Source: Sedimentisphaerales bacterium (GTDB taxonomy: Bacteria > Planctomycetota > Phycisphaerae > Sedimentisphaerales > SM23-30). Taken from it: a DNA stretch of 64,000 nucleotides. Both the position numbers and the translations under genes were made by a program. Under the pieces are notes generated by a model. The model saw only the letters and a program-made list of their open reading frames with translations. It ran no database searches and was not told the DNA's origin. Below, piece after piece: positions 1 to 10,221 of this stretch. Numbering within the stretch: position 1 is the first letter of the stretch; the number at the start of each line of letters is the position of its first letter. The stretch spans positions 96,001 through 160,000 of the forward strand of contig CAXXFK010000030.1 of assembly GCA_963663965.2 (NCBI GenBank), read 5' to 3'.

Positions 1-304
1 CCGGGGCAGAAAATGTCAGGACATAGTTATAGGTATATGGTGCCCCGCGAAAACTCACTAAATCTGTGTTCGCTATTGGAGGGGTAAATAATGACATACT
101 GAATCCAGTAAAACTATCATCTGTCACGCCATAGTCAATATTATATCCAGAGAAGCTGACTGCAATACCACCCAGATTGCCAGAGGCCATGTCATTTACC
201 GTATCAACCACAGTCCAGTCAGTAAAGGTAATCGTTGATGCCTGCGCCAGCAAACATATTGTCCCTAGAAGGGCAATGCACAGATAAATGGTTATGTTTT
301 TCAT
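1..304 (-). CDS. Secreted protein, 5' part only (runs off window); PEP-CTERM-like N-terminus possible
   Basis: Manual translation from the ATG at 304: MKNITIYLCIALLGTICLLAQASTITFTDWTVVDTVND..., signal-peptide-like and open to the window edge; absent from the ORF track. Confidence 0.6.
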   Translation of the reverse strand, partial: MKNITIYLCIALLGTICLLAQASTITFTDWTVVDTVNDMASGNLGGIAVSFSGYNIDYGVTDDSFTGFSMSLFTPPIANTDLVSFRGAPYTYNYVLTFSAP

Positions 305-449
305 ATCTTATTCCTTTGTCAGTAATCGGTTATCGATAAACTCAGGGCATTTTACTACAACAATATTGTCCGATTCATCTACCACTTCAATTAAGAATGA
401 TAACATATTATTGGGAAAACTTCTAAAAGAATCTAGTATCTTATCAGGC

Positions 450-554
450 ACCATCACCTTGCCATACGATATTAATTATATCAATGAGGTCAAGGTAGTT
501 AAGCGGGAGGAGGATGGAATGTCTGGAGCGGAAAAGAATAAAGATTTACCATAA
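450..554 (+). pseudogene. 3' remnant of a YceK/YidQ-like lipoprotein gene
   Basis: TITLPYDINYINEVKVVKREEDGMSGAEKNKDLP* aligns with TITLPYDLYHIKDVKKGERVADEMPGAEKNEKSP* at 1951-2055. Confidence 0.7.
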
Positions 555-842
555 AGGGGGTGAAGAAATGGGTTGAACCACCGAGAATACCGAGGGCGCC
601 GAGGGAAGGGCCGAAGGGTTTTAAGCGGCTTTTGGGCAGGATGGATGGATGCGAGGCAAGGGCAATGCGAACTGAAAATATAACAGCCGAATTTAACCAC
701 GAAGCGCCTGCGGCTACACGAAGAGCGCCTGCGGCGCTACACGAAGGGCCAGTGGCCTGGTGGATGGATGAAATTTTTTGGCGAGAGTCTTGGGAAAAGC
801 CGGCGGCGTTGGTGGATGGCGGCAGTGCCGCAGCCAGATTTG

Positions 843-1669
843 GCGATATTGTCGAGCGGTACGAATATAATGCGTATGGCAAGACGGCGATCTATACGGG
901 GGCCGGGGTGGATGGGGACTGGTTTACCGGGGATGATGTGGCGGCGGAGGAGTCGGCGGTGGGCAATGCGGTTGGTTTTACGGGGCGGACATTAGACAGG
1001 CACCACCTGGCTGATTCGCTGGATGATGGGGCGTTGGCGATGATGGATTACCGGCATCGGATGTATGGGCCGGGGATTGGGCGGTTTGGGCAGCGGGATC
1101 CGTTGGAATATATCTCAACAAATACTTATTTTTTATTTGCCGCAAGATCAATTTATAGTGATACACATGATGACATTCTTTTAAATATATTAGATGATTA
1201 TTCTATTTTATTATTGAAATTTTCTATATTTGGATATTATAGCGATGGGTTGAATCCTTATGAATATGTCAAAGGGAAATCTACGACACAGATGGATCCC
1301 AGTGGATTAGTTTGTGGAGATGCCGCTACAGATTGGATCGTCCCAGATAAGCCTTTATGGGTAGTAGATTTTTCAAAAGCATGTGAAGAACATGATTCAT
1401 GCTATTGGGGATTTCCTCTTTACGCAAATACAAGATTCAATAATTATTGTCATTTGACAAAGGAAGATTGTGATTTAAATTTCTTAGATGATATGAGAGA
1501 AAATTGTCATGATCAGATTAGTGGCTTTCTTCAGGATTTTAGAATGTGGCTTTGTCATAAATTGGCAGGGATTTATTATGGAGCTGTAGATAAAGCAAAA
1601 CGTGCTAAAACAGGTTTTGCAAATTCGAGGATAAACAATTGTGGAGAATGTGAGTTCAAGTGGGAGTAG
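843..1669 (+). CDS. Orphan (headless) Rhs core fragment with phospholipase A2-like C-terminal toxin
   Basis: VERYEYNAYG, GFTGR, YRHRMYGPGIGRFGQRDP and DPSG core motifs. C-terminal FSKACEEHDSCY...DCDLNFLDDM...C...YYGAV fits prokaryotic PLA2 (CxxHDxCY). The ORF upstream of ~843 reads through a repeat, so the true start is unclear. Confidence 0.8.
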
Positions 1670-1713
1670 CATATCGATTAGACTAGGATTGCATGATTAT
1701 AGAAAGGAACAAT

Positions 1714-2055
1714 ATGAAAAATGTGGTGATATTATTTTGGCTATTGTTAATAGCCGGTTGTGCCGCAAATGCCAAATATGATAGCGGGTATCGGTATCCA
1801 TATGCTGCGACCGGGACCGATTTTCACATGATTGGCTTATCAATCTCGGGAAAGCCTGATGACGCGGAACCGGACGCGTTTGATTTTTTGTATGACCCGG
1901 TTTATATTCCTTTGTATATTCTGGATGTTCCGGTTTCTCTGGTATTTGATACCATTACTTTGCCATATGATCTTTATCATATTAAAGATGTTAAGAAGGG
2001 TGAGAGGGTGGCGGATGAAATGCCTGGAGCGGAAAAGAATGAAAAATCACCTTGA
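1714..2055 (+). CDS. YceK/YidQ (DUF1375)-like lipoprotein, candidate immunity protein
   Basis: Lipobox LIAGC; PYAAT..D and LDVPVSLVFDTITLPYD motifs; directly downstream of the toxin. Confidence 0.7.
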   Translation: MKNVVILFWLLLIAGCAANAKYDSGYRYPYAATGTDFHMIGLSISGKPDDAEPDAFDFLYDPVYIPLYILDVPVSLVFDTITLPYDLYHIKDVKKGERVADEMPGAEKNEKSP

Positions 2056-2648
2056 GTTCATGAAGGGCCCAAGATACCGTGGACAGTTACCGTATAATTG
2101 ATGCGAAGGCATGGGTGAGGCCCGACGGGCCGCGAGTTTTTAGTCGTGGCCGTGAGGCCTCGGGAAAGATGGGCGAATGGTAACAGAGCCCCGATGGGGT
2201 GAAAAGGAAATTGTTAAAGATGGATGACTTGATTAAAATATTCTGTCGGCCCCGCCATAGGCGGATCTGCGACCTTTGGGCCTTGGGAGTACCATCGACC
2301 CGCATTCCGGAACCTGACGGTCCCGGCTAGACACTGGCGGCCCGTTGGGCCTCAGGTGTGCGATGTGAGATTATCAGAAGCGATGTGTTATTTTCCTATG
2401 TCTGGTCATAAGAGCTTTAAAATAGGATATTGCCGAATAAAAACACGCTGAAGCGTGAACTCCGTACGGTTGCTGGTGATTTTTGTTTTTAATGGAGATT
2501 GTGTCATGATGGGGAATGATACGTCAGGCACCCACAAGCTTCGCTTTGCTGCGCTTGAAGGTACCCGGGATGGGATGTCGAGGGCACCCGGCGGGATTGG
2601 ATGTAGTGGAAATCCCGGATGCCAATTCCGGTTATGGAGATAAAAGCG

Positions 2649-3329
2649 ATGCGTTATTTAATGTTTGTATTTATGGCTTTGGGTATGAGTGGTTGTTGTC
2701 TGCCGGGTTTATATTACACCGATACGCTCCATGGCGCGGCCCGTTGTAATAATGTCAAGGCGATTGCCAAATTGTTGAGCGAAGGGCATGCGGTCGATGA
2801 GAGTCTTTCCAGATATAAGACGAGTCCGTTGTTTCATGCGGTGTCTTATGGCAGCTATGACGCTGCCGTTTATTTGATCGAGCAGGGCGCGGATGTGAAT
2901 TATCTAAACGATCATGGACAAACCCCGGCTTTCGATTTACATTATAGTTGGAATGGGATCAAGCTGGCACGGGCGTTGAAGGATGGCGGGGCCGATTTTA
3001 GTATCGTTGATCAATATGGCCGTACAGCCTTGAGAAACAATGTGGCTTTCGAATGGAAAAGCGGGCCCCGATCTTATCGCGCGGCGGAAGGTTTATTGAA
3101 GGCCGGGGCCGATCCCAATGCTAAAACCTGGGACAAGGAATGGCCCGAATTGATGTACGCGGCGAGTGATGGGGATACCCGGCTGGTGAAGTTGTTGCTG
3201 AAATATGGAGCGGATCCGTGTTGGCGGGATCTGAATGATCGAACTGCCCTGGATCTGGCCCGGGAGGAGAAGGCTTGGAGGGTGGTAAACCTATTGGAAA
3301 AATATGATTGTGAAAATGGATCGAAGTGA
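2649..3329 (+). CDS. Ankyrin-repeat lipoprotein
   Basis: Lipobox GMSGC; repeats SPLFHAV/GADVN, GRTAL/GADPN, LMYAA/GADP, RTALDLA. Confidence 0.8.
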   Translation: MRYLMFVFMALGMSGCCLPGLYYTDTLHGAARCNNVKAIAKLLSEGHAVDESLSRYKTSPLFHAVSYGSYDAAVYLIEQGADVNYLNDHGQTPAFDLHYSWNGIKLARALKDGGADFSIVDQYGRTALRNNVAFEWKSGPRSYRAAEGLLKAGADPNAKTWDKEWPELMYAASDGDTRLVKLLLKYGADPCWRDLNDRTALDLAREEKAWRVVNLLEKYDCENGSK

Positions 3330-3572
3330 GATTGTGACAGGATGGACAGGCTATAAGATCAAGGAGATACGATTTGAGATTTGATAAGAGATCACTGGAG
3401 GGGTATGGGCGGTTTACGAACCGGCCGTACGTTTAGATGGGATCTGGCGGGTGGTTAGATGGTCTTAGGGATCAGGAAGAACAAATTGTGTCGTGAAGGG
3501 CATCACGAAGCCAGAGGGTTGTGTGTGTTCCGGGTTGTAAAGAGTGTCCTGCCTGGGCCAGCGGGATCTGGA

Positions 3573-4127
3573 TCAGTAGAGATGGCCGCTGTTCCGGGCG
3601 TAGTCGTTGAGGACCTGGCGGGCCTGGGGGCGGAGGATGTCACGGATGACCTCGATCTGGCGGGTTTGATATTTTTCGACCCAGTTGTCGGGCTTGTCGC
3701 CTTCGTCGAATCCGATGGCGCGGGCGTCGGAATCGCGGGCGCAGCAGACCAGGGAATCGATATGGCACCAGGGGATGGCGCCCATGCACATGGCGCAGGG
3801 TTCGCAGGAGCTGACCAGCTGGTAAGGGGAGTGGCCGGAGAGCCGGTAGGTTTCGAGCGTTTGGTGGGCTAGCATGATAGCGACGATTTCGGCGTGGGCG
3901 ATACTGCAATTGAGGGGGACGACCAGGTTGGCGCCGGCGGTGAGCAGGGCGCCGGTATCGCGATTGAAGATGGCGGCGGCAAAGGGGCCGCCAGTGTTGT
4001 ATTCAACGTTGAGCCGGGAGAGCTGGATAACCAGTTCGGCGCGGCTTTCGACGGTTTGGTAAGCCGGTTGGGGTGGCTGGGAGTTGATTTGGGCCAGCCA
4101 GTTGGGGAGTTCAAGTTCGATTTTCAT
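3573..4127 (-). CDS. Cytidine/nucleoside deaminase family protein (TadA/guanine-deaminase-like)
   Basis: GGPFAA, AHAE and SSCEPCAMC zinc motifs; GFDEG. Confidence 0.9.
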   Translation of the reverse strand: MKIELELPNWLAQINSQPPQPAYQTVESRAELVIQLSRLNVEYNTGGPFAAAIFNRDTGALLTAGANLVVPLNCSIAHAEIVAIMLAHQTLETYRLSGHSPYQLVSSCEPCAMCMGAIPWCHIDSLVCCARDSDARAIGFDEGDKPDNWVEKYQTRQIEVIRDILRPQARQVLNDYARNSGHLY

Positions 4128-4306
4128 AGTAATATCCTTGAGTATGGCTGGATTATAGTGGATGATAGGAGAGGAGTCGATGGCTTTTTATTGGGGATTG
4201 GATTTATAGGGTGTTGCAGGCCTGTTGTAAAGAGAGGTTAGTCAGTATCGCATTTTATTGGCGCAATGGTAATGGCATTATCTTATGGAAGGAGCTGTAT
4301 GGCGAT

Positions 4307-4912
4307 ATGAAAAGAAAAGCAGACATGAAGGAAATGGCGGATGGTCAATCGGCGGAGGTGTGGGGTGAGGTGCTGGCTATTGAGGGAAGCTGGGAGGATC
4401 TGGCGATGGTTGAGTTGGAACGGAAGAAGTTGCGCCTGATCGCGCGGAGTCGTGGCGGGACGGTGTTGTTTGTGGGGCCGGAGGTTGCGGCTAAAACGCT
4501 GGCGGCGGGGCTGCTGGCGAAGAGACAGAGCCGAATCCTTTTGCGGGTGGATCTGGGCCGAGTGGTCAGACAGTATATTGGAGAGACAGAAAAGCAGATC
4601 GATCAACTTTTCAGTCAGGCTGAGAAGGCGGGCTGGGTTTTGCTGTTTGATGAGGCGGATGCTTTGTTTGGGAAACGGACGGATGTGAATGATGGGCATG
4701 ATCGTTATGCCAACCAGGAGGTGGGTTATCTGCTGGGCAGGCTGGAGCCATATCGTGGGCTGGCTATTATGACTTCGAATTGCCGGCATGAGAGTGAGGT
4801 GGACTGGCCGGTTCATTTTAATTATGTGGTTCGATTTGAGGGTAAGGCGGAGGAGAAGACAATCAGCCGCCGGGGGCTCAGGGCGGTCAAGCCGCAGGCA
4901 AAGAAGAAATAA
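4307..4912 (+). CDS. Single-domain AAA+ ATPase-like protein with degenerate Walker A
   Basis: VDLGRVVRQYIGETEK, LLFDEADALFGKR (Walker B), DRYANQEVGYLL; Walker A position reads GPEVAAKT; start uncertain. Confidence 0.75.
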   Translation: MKRKADMKEMADGQSAEVWGEVLAIEGSWEDLAMVELERKKLRLIARSRGGTVLFVGPEVAAKTLAAGLLAKRQSRILLRVDLGRVVRQYIGETEKQIDQLFSQAEKAGWVLLFDEADALFGKRTDVNDGHDRYANQEVGYLLGRLEPYRGLAIMTSNCRHESEVDWPVHFNYVVRFEGKAEEKTISRRGLRAVKPQAKKK

Positions 4913-5903
4913 ATCACAGATGGGCGCGAAGCCAGGAAGGGGGAACAGTCGAAACACGAATTTATGTGAAGAGGCACTCATAATCGATTTAACCCGTTAT
5001 TTTAAAAGTTGTTATGGTTATAATTTTGCTGGTTGGGTTTGTTTAGTTTTGGGGATTTTTAAACGCCCTGTGCGGTTGTGAGGCAAACAAATAAAACGGC
5101 CTTGATTACCATGGAGTTCATAGAAGTTCATGGAGAGAACAGCCTTAAAAATTTAAAGGATTAAATGGTTAAACGGCCGGGTTTCACACTAAGGCGCAAA
5201 GATACCAAGAAAAACAGCTGAACTATGAATTCATAGTAAAACTGGTAAATTATACTGATGGAAAACCGGGAATATGATCTTAATATATTATAAAAAAAGA
5301 AGTTAGAACCACGAAGCGCCTTCGGCTACACGAAGCGCGCCTGCGGCGCTACACGAAGGGGGGGACGGTCGAACTACGAATCCCGATGAATCGGGACGAA
5401 TGGGCACTTAAAATTATCATATAATTCATTATTATGAATGTGTTTATGGCTGTAATTTTTTTAATTGGGTTCGTTTGGGATTGGGGTGCGGTTGGGGGGC
5501 TGGTATGGGGTTAAATTCAGGAATTGGGCGGCCCTGATGGCTTCATATTGTAGTGAGAAAAAGATTAGGAATCGAAAAGGCGAATAGACGAAAAGAAACA
5601 GCCGGGGAGTATGTCGTTGTTCCGGTGCGTTTTGATATTTTGTTGTCAAAGAGCGATTTCAGGCTGGGTAAGCATATAAATACGTCGGTTAAGCAGGATT
5701 CCGTACTGGGGGTGGTTACCGATTGTGATATTATAGCATGATGTTGTATGAACGTCAAATATATTATCTGTTTTTGTATAATAAAAACTATGGAAAGGTT
5801 CAATAAATTGGTCAGCCGCTGATACGGGGATACCGGGGGGAAAAATTGTCCGCAGATGGCGCAGATTTGCGCAGATGGGCTGCGATCTTGGGCGCGACAG
5901 GAT

Positions 5904-5980
5904 GGAGGGGAATAAGAAATTGATTTCACCACAGAGAGGGCTCAGAGGACGCAGAGAAAAGGCAGAAGGAATTTAAGCGG
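5904..5980 (+). repeat. Composite spacer repeat, copy 1 (short)
   Basis: GGAATAAGAAATTGATTTCACCACAGAG...AGGACGCAGAGAAAAGGCAG, homologous to the copies at ~8960, ~12120 and ~15685. Confidence 0.8.
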
Positions 5981-6462
5981 GGGCCAGGCTATTGGAAAAG
6001 GGGATGGTTTGCGGTTGCAATTGGGGGTGGGGGGCGGTAGAGTGATAGGGTGTTCCATGAGAACTGTTTTGAGGATACCCATCGGGTATGAAAATATCCG
6101 GGCGCTCGCATGAATAAAGACGCGAAGCATCGCGTCTCTACCAGAGGGCGTTATTAATTATTGATGGTATAACTATGGAAAGAGTTTTGTCTGGTGATAG
6201 TTTGGGACGGAATGGTCTGGTAGGACGGGATTGCCTGTTGACTCATGAGAAATATTGTTCGGAATTGATTTGCGGGTCAATTTGATTGAAATAGAAGGGA
6301 GACATAGAACTGATGGAGGTTTATACGCTATGATTCACCCCGATACTGTGCTTGAAGGTAGTATCTTGCTTGATGAAAATGAATGACGATATGGAAGGGA
6401 CATTGATTTGATCGGCATGGGTAACGGGGGTTATGCTAAACGACTAACAAAGGAAGCATTCC

Positions 6463-7581
6463 ATGGAAGCTATTCATTACTTTATCGGCATCGCGATTCT
6501 TTCAACCGTATGGGCTATCATTTATAAGCGACTGGTTCAGAGTAAGCCGGTGAAGAAGGATAAAACTTTTGACGGGCCGTCCAGCGCACTGGGGCAAACG
6601 GTGGTGGCGCCGAGTCTGGCGAGTGAACTGCCAGCCGGGAAAAATGTGGTGTGGTGTTCTTCTTTTCAACTGGCCTGGAACGCTTTAAAAGATGACATAC
6701 TCAAGGAACCGGTGGAGTTGATTAAGCATCGGGAACTGGCCGAGTTGTTGAGCCGGTCCGGCCCTTCGGAAAAGGATATTGCCCCGGGCGATTATTACGC
6801 CAATGCCGGCCTAGTGATGGATGACATTGTCCAGACCATCCAGGACGATATGCGGAAAAAGTTTCCCGAGGAGCCGGTTCCGAAATTTGGCGATATTGGC
6901 CCTGAGACGGCACTGGTTTTGTATTCGTTTTTATCCGCCAATGTGCCCTTCGAGATACCCTATTTTGAAAACGACCAGAAGCTGGTTTTTGTGGATAGCT
7001 CCGGCCGGGAAACGCCCGTTCATTCCTTTGGCATTCGGCAAAAGGACCAATACGCTTATCATGAATTACGAGAGCAATTGGAAATCTTGTTCAGAGAATA
7101 TGATAAGAGACATAATCTGAAAGAGTGTGCGATTGACCTTTGTAAACAAGCGAGCCCCAACCAGATTATCATTGCCATGGTGGAGCCCAAGGCGACTTTG
7201 GCCGAGACGGTTACTTATGTTGACGAAAAAGCCAGTCAAAAAGTTGAAGATGAGTATGCGAGCCGTTTCAGAACTAATGATACCCTGCTGGTTCCCAATC
7301 TGTCCTGGAGAATCGTTCATGATTATGCTGAACTGGAAGGCGATAGCTTGGCAAACGACGCATTCAAAGGATACCCTATCGAAAAAGTCCAACAGGCCAT
7401 CCAGTTTCGCCTGGACCGCAGCGGAGCGGAATTGAAATCGGAAACGAAAATATGCTGTGGATCAATGTACACTGATTTTGTCTTTGACCGGCCGTTTATG
7501 ATCTATATGAAAAAGCGGGGCGCGGAGTATCCTTATTTTGTGATGTGGATCGATAACGCTGAATTGTTGGAACAATACTAA
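6463..7581 (+). CDS. Serpin-like protein, paralog A (N-terminal TM anchor)
   Basis: Highly similar to 13478-14623; C-terminal QFRLDRSGAE...FVFDRPFMIYM resembles the serpin hinge and DRPF signature. Confidence 0.6.
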   Translation: MEAIHYFIGIAILSTVWAIIYKRLVQSKPVKKDKTFDGPSSALGQTVVAPSLASELPAGKNVVWCSSFQLAWNALKDDILKEPVELIKHRELAELLSRSGPSEKDIAPGDYYANAGLVMDDIVQTIQDDMRKKFPEEPVPKFGDIGPETALVLYSFLSANVPFEIPYFENDQKLVFVDSSGRETPVHSFGIRQKDQYAYHELREQLEILFREYDKRHNLKECAIDLCKQASPNQIIIAMVEPKATLAETVTYVDEKASQKVEDEYASRFRTNDTLLVPNLSWRIVHDYAELEGDSLANDAFKGYPIEKVQQAIQFRLDRSGAELKSETKICCGSMYTDFVFDRPFMIYMKKRGAEYPYFVMWIDNAELLEQY

Positions 7582-8011
7582 GGCGGGCGAGCCGCGTTAA
7601 GAAATCAATAACTCACACAAGCCACTAAGACACGAAGATAAACAGCCATTTAGACAGGATCACAGGATCAACAGGATGGATCATGAAGAAGTGATGGTGG
7701 TTAATGATGCAGTGATACACCGGCAAACTTTGATTGTTCGGCGCCACCTGGATCCATCCTAGCTATGTCCGGGTTATGGAGCTGGAGTAAAGGCCTATTT
7801 TGAACCGCAGATCCCGATCAATCGGGACAGATGAACGCAGATAAAGCAAAGGGATAAGAGGAAAACGCAGTAATAAAACAAGAAGGCAGGAAGTTATGAT
7901 TTTAAGAAGATAATATGATGGTTCAGACAAAAGCACGAAGGCGTACAGAAAGGCAGAATTTTGACAGGATGAAAGACGACATGGGTAATGTGACTGGCCG
8001 AAAGGATTCCT

Positions 8012-8347
8012 ATGCAATTTCGGAAGAAAGATAATTTTTATGTCGTAACATATATTACAGGCCCTACTCATAACTATCTTGCATTAGAATTTTCAAAGGA
8101 TATTTATAATGACAAGGTATCAGTGGTAAAACTTGGAGAGAAAGACTCTTTAATTATCGAAACAAAACTTTTAGATACTGTGAAATCGGGCGTAAATGAG
8201 GCTAATAAAGATTTTAATGCAGATTTTAGAATACAAACCATACAGTATGTAAGCGATGATACACCTAAGTATGATATATATAAACAATTAGCATATTCAA
8301 TAATTGAAAGAATTATTACACAAGATGAGTATGATGCCATTATCTAA
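8012..8347 (+). CDS. Hypothetical protein (low GC)
   Basis: 111-aa ORF with AAGGA RBS; no recognised motif. Confidence 0.65.
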   Translation: MQFRKKDNFYVVTYITGPTHNYLALEFSKDIYNDKVSVVKLGEKDSLIIETKLLDTVKSGVNEANKDFNADFRIQTIQYVSDDTPKYDIYKQLAYSIIERIITQDEYDAII

Positions 8348-8473
8348 TCGATTATATTGTCCTTTGTGGGTGTTAAAATGTGGTGAGGTTCAGGTTGGCA
8401 ATCACGGGCAGGATGCCCGTGCTACGTGATTACGTGATTTGCTTACAAAACCCAAATGGCACAATGAATTTTT

Positions 8474-8704
8474 ATGCAGAACAATAATAGTAAACACACG
8501 CGGGTCTATGCAATCGTTCGATGGGATTTTTATCGGGACGATCTAAGCCATCTGACATTTGACATACTAAAAACGCGGGTAACAATAAAAAAGATTGTCT
8601 TGACACAAGAAAAAGCAGAAAATGAAACTCAAAGACTGAACGAGATTAATGCTGATAAGGGGTGTATTTATTATTATCTGATTACCAGAATGGATGATAA
8701 ATAA
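8474..8704 (+). CDS. Small hypothetical protein
   Basis: 76-aa AT-rich ORF co-oriented with its neighbours. Confidence 0.55.
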   Translation: MQNNNSKHTRVYAIVRWDFYRDDLSHLTFDILKTRVTIKKIVLTQEKAENETQRLNEINADKGCIYYYLITRMDDK

Positions 8705-8868
8705 TTATGGGGCTGTTCTTTCGGCCCTTCGGGCCTTATGGTGATATCGTGTCGGAGTCCGGGCCCTGACGGGCCCGGCTAGTGACTGGCAGCCCTTCGG
8801 GCTTCAGAGGGGGGATGAGGGGGATTGATTTGGGACGGAGAGGTGGCTTGCGATGGGGGATTAAAAAA

Positions 8869-9231
8869 GAATGGAATGGCGGGGAAAGGATGGGTACGGA
8901 CCTGTATGGACGGGCACGGACCTGCACGAAAGGGGGAGCGAATAGCCTTGTGATTGAGGGGAAATAAGAAATTGATTGCACCACCGAGGGCACCGAGGAC
9001 GCAGAGGAAAGGCAGGAGGATTTTATGTGGGGATGACAGGATGTGGAGAATGAGATTTGTTGTAAAATGATTGAGGGGGAAATGGTCCGCGGATGGCGTG
9101 GATCTTTGTAGATAAAGATGAAAAAGGAAGGCTCCGAATTTTGCTGGAGGGAGAGGGATGACGATGTGGAAGGGAAATTTGAGCGATTGGCCCGCCTGGG
9201 GCGGACCTGCGGCATGGGCAAACAAGTTTGC
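8869..9231 (+). repeat. Composite spacer repeat, copy 2
   Basis: Closely matches 12032-12268 over ~240 bp and 15680-15944 in its 3' part. Confidence 0.85.
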
Positions 9232-9315
9232 TTATGCTGATGCGTAACTTATATCACGGCCCAGTGGGCATTTTTAGTTGTAAGCAGTAGATTATTAATT
9301 GTTAATGGAATAGAA

Positions 9316-10221
9316 ATGAACAACCTGGATTATCTTAGGCTGATCTCATTTGGGATCGGCACGGTTTTCTTCAAGAAGAAGAAATCCATACTGGCAACAA
9401 TTATATTGACCGACCAATGCAATTTATCGTGCAAGCATTGTGCGGTCAATAATATGACATGCTTTATGGATAGTTACGAAGTGGTTAGAAAAGAGATGGC
9501 CGCGCTCTATAACGAGGGCAATCGAATTCTATTTTTTTGCGGCGGCGAGACCTATCTCTGGCGGGATGGCGACAAAGGCCTGGGGGATCTGGTCCGGGAA
9601 GCAAAACGGATCGGGTTTTATCTGGTGAATATTGTCACCAATGGCATATTGCTTGAAGACATTCCTGAAGCGGATGTGATTTTTTTAAGCCTGGACGGGC
9701 TTCGGGAAAGTCATGACGCCATCCGCGGCGAAACATTTGAACGGATTATGGCGAAGGTAAGAAAAACCCGGACTTCTAATATCTGCGTGTATATGGCGAT
9801 CAATGCCATAAACTATCTGGATGTCGAGCCGCTCACCCGATTGGTTCAGTCAGAAGCCAGATTGAGGTCGATATCGTTCAATTTTCATACGCCTTATCCC
9901 GGTACCGAGTCGCTTTCACTCACCCAGGAACAAAAACAGCTGACGGTAGCGAATATTCTGTCGCTGATCGACCGGGGTTATCCTGTTTTTAATCTTAAGT
10001 CAGGCCTGCGGCGCTATCTCAGCAATCGATGGCGACGGCCCAGTTACCAGTGCCTGGTATCGGAGCAGGGAACGCGGTATCCCTGCGGCCGGTGTGTTGA
10101 GATAGCGGGACTCTGTCAGGAATGCGGGTATATCTTTGCCGTGGAGTTTTCCTTGATATTCAACGGCCACCTGCCCACGCTCTATGAAATGTTTAAAACT
10201 TATAAAAGGTTTGTGTCATGA
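9316..10221 (+). CDS. Radical SAM protein with Cys-rich C-terminus
   Basis: CNLSCKHC, GGE, VTNG, SLDG; C-terminal C...CGRC...CQEC. Confidence 0.9.
   Translation: MNNLDYLRLISFGIGTVFFKKKKSILATIILTDQCNLSCKHCAVNNMTCFMDSYEVVRKEMAALYNEGNRILFFCGGETYLWRDGDKGLGDLVREAKRIGFYLVNIVTNGILLEDIPEADVIFLSLDGLRESHDAIRGETFERIMAKVRKTRTSNICVYMAINAINYLDVEPLTRLVQSEARLRSISFNFHTPYPGTESLSLTQEQKQLTVANILSLIDRGYPVFNLKSGLRRYLSNRWRRPSYQCLVSEQGTRYPCGRCVEIAGLCQECGYIFAVEFSLIFNGHLPTLYEMFKTYKRFVS

Noticed and set aside
560..842. N-terminal ~95 aa of the 369-aa Rhs ORF as real protein
   Set aside because: It reads through a dispersed repeat (695-760); Rhs similarity begins only near 843
8736..9225. ORFs inside the composite spacers (also 5543-6130, 11899-12156, 15640-15939)
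   Set aside because: They translate repeat DNA (SVPSVV-type motifs) and lack RBS or domain signatures
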